The notes under the pieces were generated by a model that was given only the letters and a program-made list of their open reading frames with translations, ran no database searches and was not told the origin of the DNA. The position numbers and the translations under genes are program-made. From a virus, in UHGV virus genome UHGV-0371394: a DNA stretch of 12,221 bases. One strand, given 5' to 3'. This document shows, one piece after another, positions 1-6,202 of the stretch (within the stretch, counting starts at the first letter, position 1; the number at the start of each line of letters is the position of its first letter).

Positions 1-338
1 ATGTTATAGGGACAAAATGACGCGATACCCGCTTTTTGTGGTTCGGTCAGTGGTACTTTAATATTGCGCTCCACCCATGCCAGCGCCTTATCACGCTCAA
101 TGGCGTTGACCTGGTCGCATTTTTCCTTCGACAGTTTCATACCGGGAAAAACGGGTTTTCCATCCACCATCGTGGCACCCCGACAGATGGTCCAGATGCC
201 GGAACCATCGCGGTATGCCGTTGTGTGGTTACCTTCTTTTTCATCCAGAAACTGGTCGAGAATATCAGGCGCGGGCGCACCGACGGCAATCAGTGCCAGA
301 ACGGCAGCCGACAGGCCGTATCTGATTTTTGCGTTCAT
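1..338 (-). CDS. SAR-type endolysin (phage lysozyme, T4-lysozyme/GH24 fold), N-terminal 112 codons; gene continues beyond window start
   Basis: ATG at 338-336 on minus strand; my translation MNAKIRYGLSAAVLALIAVGAPAPDILDQFLDEKEGNHTTAYRDGSGIWTICRGATMVDGKPVFPGMKLSKEKCDQVNAIERDKALAWVERNIKVPLTEPQKAGIASFCPYNI stays open to position 1. Hydrophobic N-terminal signal-anchor-release-like segment and an E-x8-D-x5-T catalytic spacing as in phage 21 R / RrrQ-type lysozymes (recalled). Absent from the ORF track because there is no stop inside the window. Confidence 0.85.
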   Translation of the reverse strand, partial: MNAKIRYGLSAAVLALIAVGAPAPDILDQFLDEKEGNHTTAYRDGSGIWTICRGATMVDGKPVFPGMKLSKEKCDQVNAIERDKALAWVERNIKVPLTEPQKAGIASFCPYN

Positions 339-401
339 GGATATTTATCAGGATTTATCGGTTTCTGCCCACGGACAGGTTTATCTGTTCCGGTCAGTGA
401 C

Positions 402-752
402 TTAAGGTTGTGATTCCGGAGGAGTCTTCAGAGAACCAGTAATTCTTCCTGGTAGCTTTCCTTTGTAGGTTATCCACACATTCTGCGCCTCTAAAATTAC
501 GGGGCGCTTTTCCGGCGACTGCTCATCCCCTTCACATAACCCGGCAGCAACATCCAGGAAGACCTGTCTGATGCTCCTTCTGGCTGCTGCCTCATAAAAC
601 CCCAGCGCGGCACCTTCAACACGGTCCAGCGAGATGTCCAGGTCAAAAATTTCACCGTCAAAGCGTTTTTTGTCCCGTAACGCTAAAGTTACCGTAACTT
701 TATTCTCAAAATTGCGGATCCCTTTCACAATCAGTTCATAGTTTTGAGTCAT
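402..752 (-). CDS. DUF1327 family phage protein (YdfR-like), lying between holin and endolysin
   Basis: 116-aa ORF with ATG at 752-750 and GGAG about 9 nt upstream; N-terminus MTQNYELIVKGIRNFENKVTVTLALRDKKRFDGEIFDLD resembles the Qin prophage YdfR family (recalled); position inside the lysis cassette. Confidence 0.7.
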   Translation of the reverse strand: MTQNYELIVKGIRNFENKVTVTLALRDKKRFDGEIFDLDISLDRVEGAALGFYEAAARRSIRQVFLDVAAGLCEGDEQSPEKRPVILEAQNVWITYKGKLPGRITGSLKTPPESQP

Positions 753-756
753 TGAA

Positions 757-972
757 TTACTCTCCCCGTGCAGCCTTACGACGGTCCTCTCTGATTTTGA
801 AATACAGGTTAGTCAGATATGTCAGGAAGCCCAGAACCAGACTCCCCAGTACACCAATCGCAGCCCACTGTGACGGACTGACCTGATCAAGCCACTGTAA
901 AAACCAGTAGCCAGCACTGCCTGCGGAGGTGCCGTAGGCAATGCCCGTTGAAATTTTATCCATGGATTTCAT
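757..972 (-). CDS. Class II holin / pinholin of phage 21 S type with dual-start motif (MKSMDK)
   Basis: ORF track 757-1071 contains [71 protein letters not shown]; ATG at 972-970 preceded by GGAGGTGAGG; second in-frame ATG at 963-961 gives the Met1-Lys2-x-Met4 antiholin/holin arrangement; two TM segments and a charged C-terminus. The 33 codons upstream in the track ORF have no SD and are taken as non-coding. Confidence 0.85.
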   Translation of the reverse strand: MKSMDKISTGIAYGTSAGSAGYWFLQWLDQVSPSQWAAIGVLGSLVLGFLTYLTNLYFKIREDRRKAARGE

Positions 973-1109
973 AGCCTCACCTCCGCAGCGAACGGATGGC
1001 GTAGTTATAAGGGGAGCGAAAAAGAAAGAATGCGCGATTGCGCAATATGGTAACGTCAGGGTATTATCCACTGGCTGAATAGATCACTTCACGTTTTTTG
1101 TTCCTTGCC

Positions 1110-1137
1110 GCCCGTATCCATATGCGGGCTTTTTTTT
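1110..1137 (+). terminator. Intrinsic terminator (plus strand): 8-bp stem gcccgtat/atgcgggc, 4-nt loop, then T8
   Basis: Hairpin 1110-1129 followed directly by tttttttt (1130-1137). Would stop antisense (plus-strand) transcription through the tRNA/Q region. Confidence 0.5.
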
Positions 1138-1143
1138 GCATGT

Positions 1144-1174
1144 AAAAAGGCCCCAACACATGTGCGTGGGGCCT
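1144..1174 (-). terminator. Intrinsic terminator (minus strand): GC-rich hairpin ggcccc...ggggcc followed by T5 on the minus strand
   Basis: Plus-strand aaaaaggccccaacacatgtgcgtggggcct; on the minus strand the hairpin is followed by TTTTT. Lies between the tRNA cluster and the holin gene, back to back with the plus-strand terminator. Confidence 0.5.
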
Positions 1175-1373
1175 GAGAGTATACATGGTTTCAGTCAACT
1201 GCATGGTGCCGGGTGCCTCCCGGTGAATTCAGTACCAGCACCTGAATCCGCGATTATCCCATATACCTACTCGCTGATTGCCCCTCCGCACAGGGGGATT
1301 CACCATGCCAGTTTCTTTTAACAAACTCCCCGCAAAACAGACAACTGTCAACCGTCTGAATTGTGAGACATTT

Positions 1374-1400
1374 AAAAAAAAGGCCCGCAAAAGCGAGCCG
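1374..1400 (-). terminator. Intrinsic terminator (minus strand) directly downstream of the tRNA cluster
   Basis: Minus-strand hairpin ggctcgc-tttt-gcgggcc (one mismatch) followed by T8 (plus A-run 1374-1381). Confidence 0.45.
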
Positions 1401-1413
1401 GGAAAAATAAGTC

Positions 1414-1490
1414 TGGCGCGTTGTACTGGATTCGAACCAGTGACCGATTGCTTAGAAGGCAATTGCTCTGTCCGGTTGAGCTAACAACGC
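1414..1490 (-). tRNA. tRNA-Arg (anticodon UCU, decodes AGA/AGG), phage-encoded
   Basis: Minus-strand 77-nt sequence GCGTTGT-TA-GCTC-AACCGGACA-GAGC-A-ATTGC-CTTCTAA-GCAAT-CGGTC-ACTGG-TTCGAAT-CCAGT-ACAACGC-G-CCA folds as a canonical cloverleaf: 7-bp acceptor, D loop with GG, TTCGAAT T-loop, encoded CCA. Confidence 0.85.
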
Positions 1491-1503
1491 AGGGTACAGA
1501 TAA

Positions 1504-1580
1504 TGGACCGCCATCGAGGACTCGAACCCCGCGCAACCAGCTTCGAAGGCTGGCGCTCTATCCTGATGAGCTAATGGCGG
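1504..1580 (-). tRNA. tRNA-Arg (anticodon UCG as read; decodes CGA/CGG), phage-encoded
   Basis: Minus-strand CCGCCAT-TA-GCTC-ATCAGGATA-GAGC-G-CCAGC-CTTCGAA-GCTGG-TTGCG-CGGGG-TTCGAGT-CCTCG-ATGGCGG-T-CCA. Acceptor stem perfect; T-stem has one G-U pair; 5' C is unusual, so boundaries and isotype should be confirmed with a tRNA finder. Confidence 0.7.
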
Positions 1581-1587
1581 TATGTGA

Positions 1588-1663
1588 TGGTGGCCCTTGC
1601 TGGATTTGAACCAGCGACCTGGCGATTATGAGTCGCTCGCTCTCACCACTGAGCTAAAGGGCC
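1588..1663 (-). tRNA. tRNA with CAU anticodon, most like tRNA-Ile2 (lysidine, decodes AUA; ileX/ileZ-like) rather than elongator Met
   Basis: Minus-strand 76-nt GGCCCTT-TA-GCTC-AGTGGTGA-GAGC-G-AGCGA-CTCATAA-TCGCC-AGGTC-GCTGG-TTCAAAT-CCAGC-AAGGGCC-A-CCA; the anticodon arm (GCGACTCATAATCGC) closely matches my recollection of E. coli ileX. Ile2 versus Met cannot be settled from the anticodon alone. Confidence 0.8.
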
Positions 1664-1703
1664 GGGAGCCGCATAATAACGACGCGTAATTAATTCTTCA
1701 ATA

Positions 1704-1982
1704 TCATCCGTTCTGGCTGACTAAATCCTGTACTTCCCGAACCGTCTGCTCAAAACGTTCAGTCTCCAGCTCAACGCCAATTGCACGACGCCCGAGCGCC
1801 AGTGCCGCTTTCACTGTCGAACCCGACCCCATGAAAAAATCTGCAATCAGGTCACCCGGACGACTGCTAGCGCTGATTATCTGCTGCAGCATTTCTGCCG
1901 GTTTTTCGCACGGATGTTTCCCGGGATAGAACTGCACCAGTTTATGCGTCCAGACATCGGTATACGGCACCTGCGCCGTCAC
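1704..1982 (-). pseudogene. 3' remnant of a DNA methyltransferase gene (N4/N6 MTase, C-terminal AdoMet-binding part only)
   Basis: 92-codon ORF starting at GTG, with HPCEKP and DLIADFFMGSGSTVKAALALGRRAIGVE (FxGxG AdoMet motif); the N-terminal catalytic (DPPY) half is missing because the tR'-like terminator and the Q gene lie immediately upstream. Confidence 0.55.
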
Positions 1983-2040
1983 GCCAAAATACCGCCGCAG
2001 TCGGCATTCACAACCACCAGCGCATTTAACGTTCAGCCAT

Positions 2041-2066
2041 AAAAAAACCCGCTCGCGGCGGGTTTA
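2041..2066 (-). terminator. Intrinsic terminator on the minus strand downstream of Q (tR'-like)
   Basis: Minus-strand hairpin aaacccgc-cgcga-gcgggttt (8-bp stem) followed by a T-run; about 70-90 nt downstream of the Q stop, as expected for the short pR' transcript ending at tR' in lambdoid phages. Confidence 0.6.
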
Positions 2067-2133
2067 AGCTGTGTGGCGAAGTAACCACTCTTAACATACT
2101 GACATACTTTTTGCGGACCGCACTAATCATTTT
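2067..2133 (-). promoter_or_regulatory. Putative late promoter pR' / Q-engagement region (between Q stop and terminator)
   Basis: Positional inference only: lambdoid late promoters sit immediately downstream of Q and upstream of tR'. Hexamers not confidently assigned. Confidence 0.3.
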
Positions 2134-2514
2134 TTACTTTTTTAGCAGCCAGTCGTCCATCTCCAGTCTTACCCCCAGCACAGACAAACATCCGTCAATA
2201 AACCCTTCGGCTATCTGCATCTCAATTCGTATTGCTTTTTCGCTTTTCTTTCTCGTCCTGGCTATCTGTCTTTTTGATATTCGCAACAAATAATGAGCAA
2301 TGAGAAGCGAATACTCCTCAGGTTTTTTCTGCTTCAGACGAGCAAGACAGTTTTCAATGATAAGTCCGTCATCATCGCAGCAGGCCGGACGTGGTTTAGT
2401 GGCAGATGGTAAAAGTCCTTTGAATCCGGCAGCGATCGGAGAATAGTCCACCCCGGTGTTACCACTTGCCGCCCATGCCCCCCAGCGTTCAAGAACCATC
2501 TGAATATCACGCAT
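2134..2514 (-). CDS. Q: Late antiterminator Q (phage 82 / QuuD-QuuQ type)
   Basis: ATG at 2514-2512 with GGAG 7 nt upstream (the track start at 2529 is a TTG); MRDIQMVLERWGAWAASGNTGVDYSPIAAGFKGLLPSATKPRPACCDDDGLIIENCLARLK... matches the 82-type Q family (recalled); followed by a terminator and the late/lysis genes. Confidence 0.8.
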   Translation of the reverse strand: MRDIQMVLERWGAWAASGNTGVDYSPIAAGFKGLLPSATKPRPACCDDDGLIIENCLARLKQKKPEEYSLLIAHYLLRISKRQIARTRKKSEKAIRIEMQIAEGFIDGCLSVLGVRLEMDDWLLKK

Positions 2515-2531
2515 CAACTTTCTCCACAAAA

Positions 2532-3527
2532 TCAGGACAGCACACCAATCGCCAGCGCGCGATCGATAAAACGAAATATCAGCTCCAGTTGGGAACCATA
2601 CTTCTCTTCAAATGCCACGGTATCCGCATGCAGCTCGTCGTGATGTTTTCTGCACAAAGGCAACACAAAGAGGTCATGCGCTTTTGTACCCATTCCCCCC
2701 TGACCGTGGCCTATCAGGTGGTGGGGATCATCAGCTGGCTTTCCACAACATGCACACGGCTGTGTCTTAACCCAGCGCGTGTACTTTTCATTAACCCAGC
2801 GGCGACGTTTTGGGCGTAACATAAAAGACTCCGGCGACTCCGGATCCACTTTCAGCGCCAGCACCTTTTTCGCTTTATCCTGGATAATGCTGGTGGCAGG
2901 AACCGAAGGAACAAGATCACTCTCCCGGGTGACAGACGGCACAACAGGCTTCGGTAATCTCAGTGCCTTACGGGCTGCACTTTCCGGTAAGGCATCCGCC
3001 AGGTCATTACGAATCAGCCACCAGCACAGTTCCGGCATTGTCACAACGTGACTGTCATCAAAACCGAGATCACGGCGCACAACAGATAACACCCAGCGGG
3101 CACAGTTATCCGTTGCCATTGATTCCAGCCGTTCCGTGAACTGGTCACGGAGAAGATTGTCACAGTGCCAGCACAGACGGATTGCGCCTGGCGCGTGCCG
3201 CATTGTGGTCATGTTCTCGCTGTGCCAGTCGGAATGAGGCCACTGACAGCCCTTTTCACGAAGTAACCAGCTCTCAAGGCATTCCACGCCACCAGCACGA
3301 CGGATCACCGCCTCATGGCGGAACACGGCCCGAACGGCAGGATCATCCGCCAGCGGTTGTGATGCTGCCGGAACGGCACCACTGGCAAAAGATGAATAAC
3401 GTTCCGGCTCAGGCTCCAGCAGGACACGCCCCTGCATAAACAGGGGCATCAGCTCTGAACCTGGCCTGAACAATACGATCCCCATACGCGGGGCAATTTC
3501 AGGGGTCAGTAGTGCTCTCACAGTCAC
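2532..3527 (-). CDS. DUF968-family protein (YdfU-like) with C-terminal HNH-like Cys/His motif
   Basis: 331-codon ORF; C-terminus CACCGKPADDPHHLIGHGQGGMGTKAHDLFVLPLCRKHHDELH resembles an HNH-type metal-binding nuclease motif. GTG start at 3527 (or 3521) directly after the upstream stop; position immediately upstream of Q as for ydfU in Qin. Confidence 0.75.
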   Translation of the reverse strand: MTVRALLTPEIAPRMGIVLFRPGSELMPLFMQGRVLLEPEPERYSSFASGAVPAASQPLADDPAVRAVFRHEAVIRRAGGVECLESWLLREKGCQWPHSDWHSENMTTMRHAPGAIRLCWHCDNLLRDQFTERLESMATDNCARWVLSVVRRDLGFDDSHVVTMPELCWWLIRNDLADALPESAARKALRLPKPVVPSVTRESDLVPSVPATSIIQDKAKKVLALKVDPESPESFMLRPKRRRWVNEKYTRWVKTQPCACCGKPADDPHHLIGHGQGGMGTKAHDLFVLPLCRKHHDELHADTVAFEEKYGSQLELIFRFIDRALAIGVLS

Positions 3528-3528
3528 C

Positions 3529-4326
3529 TCAATGAACGGTATCGAGCAGCTTTAACAGCTCAGGAAATCGGGATTCGAAGAAATGCGGCTGCGTCTCGCG
3601 CGGATTTGCAGGACTGGTGATGTTCTTGCCGAACATGCAGCCTTTCGCTGTCAGCGACCAGAATTTTTTGATGTTGTTAATCGCGGTACGGCTGTATCGT
3701 TCGCGTTGTTCAACGATCCCCAGCTTCGCCAGCTGGTGATATGCCTGATTAGCCGTCAGGCAGATACCATACTGTTTCAGCAGTGCACTCAGTGACAGTG
3801 TCAGGCGACTTGAGCCATCAGGCGCGTCAGCAGGAGCATCAATGGCATAGCGCGGTGCCAGATTCGGTAAGCCAACAGCCTCCTGAAGCTTCTGACAGGC
3901 TCCAAGCACTGATGAGTTAGACAGGTTTAATTCCCGGCGCATAAAGTCCAGCAGGATCACGCCAGCCTGCATCTTGTCAGCAGCCTGCCCGGATAATTTT
4001 TCCGGTGTGCTGGTTACCATATCGAAAGTACGGATCACCTTCAGATGGAATGACGGGCTGATCCACATTGCATAGGCATACACCAGTTCTTTGCAGACAT
4101 ACGTCCCCTGGTTATTTCCGCCACGAATAACGTTAACTGGCTCTATATTGACCGAGTTGCAAATCTGCAACTCGCTTATTAAACGTTCAGTTTGCTCATT
4201 GCGGAGCCAGAATGCAGGCTTATGCTTATCCAGAGAACCGGCAGCCCTGTGCAGATCGTTCAGGCTGTAACGCCCATAAGCATCACGACGAACTTCAATA
4301 CCATCAATGACCATCAGATTATTCAT
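3529..4326 (-). CDS. KilA-N domain protein (putative antirepressor-like DNA-binding protein)
   Basis: ATG at 4326 with strong SD AAGAGGAGA; N-terminus MNNLMVIDGIEVRRDAYGRYSLNDLHRAAG...KPAFWLRNEQTERLI fits the KilA-N fold signature (recalled). Confidence 0.7.
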   Translation of the reverse strand: MNNLMVIDGIEVRRDAYGRYSLNDLHRAAGSLDKHKPAFWLRNEQTERLISELQICNSVNIEPVNVIRGGNNQGTYVCKELVYAYAMWISPSFHLKVIRTFDMVTSTPEKLSGQAADKMQAGVILLDFMRRELNLSNSSVLGACQKLQEAVGLPNLAPRYAIDAPADAPDGSSRLTLSLSALLKQYGICLTANQAYHQLAKLGIVEQRERYSRTAINNIKKFWSLTAKGCMFGKNITSPANPRETQPHFFESRFPELLKLLDTVH

Positions 4327-4345
4327 ACTTCGTTTCTCCTCTTAA

Positions 4346-4735
4346 TCAGGCGGCTGCACCCGCCGTTTTCTCGTACTTACTGATAGTGATCTCGACCTTC
4401 CCTTCCGGGACAACCGGTCCCCACTCCACCAGCATTCTTTTCACCTGACTGTCGTCTTCCCACACACCCGCGTGGGTCAGGGCGTCAAACAGCGCCTTGT
4501 TATAGTTGTCCAGATCGCGGATCCGGTTATCCGGTGGAAACAACACGATCTCCACTGCAGCAGGTGCCGACGTTGGTTTCGGCAGACGACGTAACTGCTC
4601 AACTATTGCTGCGCACGCCGCGCTCTGGAATTTTCGCCCCGCCGCGCTTATCAGGCTCTTACCAGCAAACGCCCCTTTGTTGGGGTGTCGCCAGTACGTG
4701 TTGACGCTGGGCGGAAAAGGCAGAATAAGCTTCAT
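4346..4735 (-). CDS. rusA: Holliday-junction resolvase RusA
   Basis: 129 aa; MKLILPFPPSVNTYWRH...RDLDNYNKALFDALTHAGVWEDDSQV matches the RusA family motifs (recalled E. coli RusA: PWPPSNNRYYRH...[28 protein letters not shown]); ATGA start/stop overlap with the upstream gene. Confidence 0.85.
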   Translation of the reverse strand: MKLILPFPPSVNTYWRHPNKGAFAGKSLISAAGRKFQSAACAAIVEQLRRLPKPTSAPAAVEIVLFPPDNRIRDLDNYNKALFDALTHAGVWEDDSQVKRMLVEWGPVVPEGKVEITISKYEKTAGAAA

Positions 4736-5058
4736 ACTTTCAGGCCCCTCTCATGTAACCAGTGGGCTGCACGCAGCCTTGCGTTTTCCTCACCGGCAAG
4801 CAGTGAGCGGATAATCCCGACCGCCTCGCTGTCGTCGTCCTTCACCGCGGTATGAAGCGTGATCCCCCGGGCCACACCACGCTTTATCGTGATGACGCCT
4901 TTTTTCTCCAGTGCGCGAAGATGCTCCACCGCTGCATTCACCGAACGGTATCCCAGCATGGTTGCCACCTCCTGATTGGTTGGCGGGAAGCCACGTTCTT
5001 TCTGATAAGAAATCAGCATATCCAGCACCTGCTGCTGGCATTGAGTTAACGTCGTCAT
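4732..5058 (-). CDS. LexA N-terminal DNA-binding-domain protein (winged HTH only, no S24 peptidase domain)
   Basis: 108 aa; MTTLTQCQQQVLDMLISYQKERGFPPTNQEVATMLGYRSVNAAVEHLRALEKKGVITIKRGVARGI aligns position by position with E. coli LexA residues 1-70 ([66 protein letters not shown], recalled), including the recognition helix S-x-NAA-x-EHL. ATGA overlaps at both ends. Confidence 0.7.
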   Translation of the reverse strand: MTTLTQCQQQVLDMLISYQKERGFPPTNQEVATMLGYRSVNAAVEHLRALEKKGVITIKRGVARGITLHTAVKDDDSEAVGIIRSLLAGEENARLRAAHWLHERGLKV

Positions 5059-5708
5059 GCCGCCATCTCCCTGACCAGTTTTTCCGCCTGCTGGCGAACC
5101 TGCGCCAGAAACGCCTCACCACATGCCTCAAGTTCATCGCGCCCGATGTAGCTGATTGCCGGTCCCTTCCAGGTCTTGTCGAAAACAGCAATAGCACCAG
5201 CGAAGAAAGCGCCTGTCGGCACCTGCTTCTCATCCTTCGGGATAAACCAGGCAGGCAGTTCAAAACCAATACGCCCGCGAATAAAAGCAATATGGTCCGC
5301 ATCTTCCGGCCACCACACTTCGCTGGTGGCAGCTTTGATCAGGAAAACATAGCGCCCGCCCTTATCACGCATGGCACTGGCATGTTTCATGATGTAACGC
5401 ATGCCGGTGATGTATTGCCCCTCATGCTGACTGGCGCGGCTGTATGGGGGATTACCAAAGGCAGCACCTTTAAGCTCCGCAAGACGTTCTGACCAGTCAT
5501 GCGCCAGCGCGTTATCTTCCGCCGTGTAATACGCGGCACATTTGGCGTTATCACCGTCAGTAAACAGATCCAGAACAAACGGGCCAAACAGGGTGTTAAT
5601 TCCCCAGAAAATGTTGTCCGGCGTGCGCCACTGATCGCCCGCTTCCTTCAGTTCATGGGCTGGTTTGTTCCGCAGTTCCGCCAGCGCCTGGCAATATTTA
5701 TTACTCAT
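5055..5708 (-). CDS. Phage DNA N6-adenine methyltransferase (Dam-like)
   Basis: Contains FGNPPYS (N/DPPY catalytic motif). ATG at 5708 overlaps the upstream stop as TAATG; an alternative GTG at 5741 with SD AGGTGA would add 11 codons. Confidence 0.7.
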   Translation of the reverse strand: MSNKYCQALAELRNKPAHELKEAGDQWRTPDNIFWGINTLFGPFVLDLFTDGDNAKCAAYYTAEDNALAHDWSERLAELKGAAFGNPPYSRASQHEGQYITGMRYIMKHASAMRDKGGRYVFLIKAATSEVWWPEDADHIAFIRGRIGFELPAWFIPKDEKQVPTGAFFAGAIAVFDKTWKGPAISYIGRDELEACGEAFLAQVRQQAEKLVREMAA

Positions 5709-6202
5709 TAAGCCCCCACGTAATTCCCTGAGAGATACCACTCTTCACCTGATGCAGCCCGCTTACTGCTTTTCCGTAAACACCGTTCACGACGCGCCAG
5801 AAAATTGTTTCGTTCTGGCTGGGAGTGGCTTTCACGGAATGCCGCCATCCACACGGTTGCAGCACGACGGTATAAGCCCCTGGACTCCAGTTCTTCAGCC
5901 TGGCGGGTCAGGCACAAAATCACCCGTGGATCGTTAGTGCCGACATAGAAATTGCGCACAGGTCTGGTTTCTCGAACTGGTTGTGGTTCCGGCTCCTGCG
6001 ATATCTCAGCCTGGCGCGGGAAATGTCTGCGTGTATCCCCTTCACAACGGTGAGCCACACGCCCACTCTGACGTAACTTGCTTGCTGACTGCAGAACGCG
6101 CTGCCGTGAGTAACCTGCAAAAGCATCCGCAATGTCTCCGGAAGTACACCCCGGATGGGCTTCAATGAATTTCTGAACGTCATTTAACAGACTCATGATC
6201 AC
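5708..6202 (-). CDS. PerC-family-like transcriptional regulator (N-terminal wHTH-like region plus C-terminal PerC/Pch-like segment)
   Basis: C-terminal LESRGLYRRAATVWMAAFRESHSQPERNNFLARRERCL resembles the conserved core of PerC/Pch regulators (recalled, not searched). Start is either GTG 6202 (GTGA overlap) or ATG 6196. Confidence 0.5.
   Translation of the reverse strand: MIMSLLNDVQKFIEAHPGCTSGDIADAFAGYSRQRVLQSASKLRQSGRVAHRCEGDTRRHFPRQAEISQEPEPQPVRETRPVRNFYVGTNDPRVILCLTRQAEELESRGLYRRAATVWMAAFRESHSQPERNNFLARRERCLRKSSKRAASGEEWYLSGNYVGA

Noticed and set aside
36-413. Plus-strand ORFs of 125 and 113 aa (36-413, 64-405)
   Set aside because: Antisense to the well-supported endolysin gene on the minus strand; no SD; products not protein-like.
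757-1071. Longer 104-aa form of the holin ORF starting at 1071
   Set aside because: No SD for that start, whereas MKSMDK at 972 has a strong GGAGG SD and is the known S21-type dual-start arrangement.
973-1413. Possible Shiga-toxin or other cargo genes between the tRNAs and the holin
   Set aside because: No ORF of appreciable length is present; the interval holds only hairpins and terminators.
1136-1609. Four ORFs of 61-77 aa overlapping the tRNA/terminator interval (1136-1321, 1229-1462, 1278-1484, 1421-1609)
   Set aside because: They read through tRNA genes and terminator hairpins; composition is driven by structured RNA sequence, not coding.
1414-1663. tRNA genes as a prophage integration site (attB/attL)
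   Set aside because: Three intact tandem tRNAs lie inside the late operon between Q and the lysis genes with phage genes on both sides, so they are phage-encoded; no integrase or att repeat is seen.
2111-3795. Plus-strand ORFs 2111-2293, 2466-2819, 2779-3051, 3182-3439, 3583-3795
   Set aside because: All lie antisense within the minus-strand Q, DUF968 and KilA-N genes, which have coupling or SD evidence and recognisable domains.
4790-5492. 170-aa minus-frame ORF (4790-5302) and 193-aa plus ORF (4911-5492) across the LexA-like and Dam genes
   Set aside because: Alternative or antisense frames of genes with clear motifs (LexA HTH, NPPY); Arg/Ser-rich low-complexity products typical of off-frame reading of GC-rich DNA.
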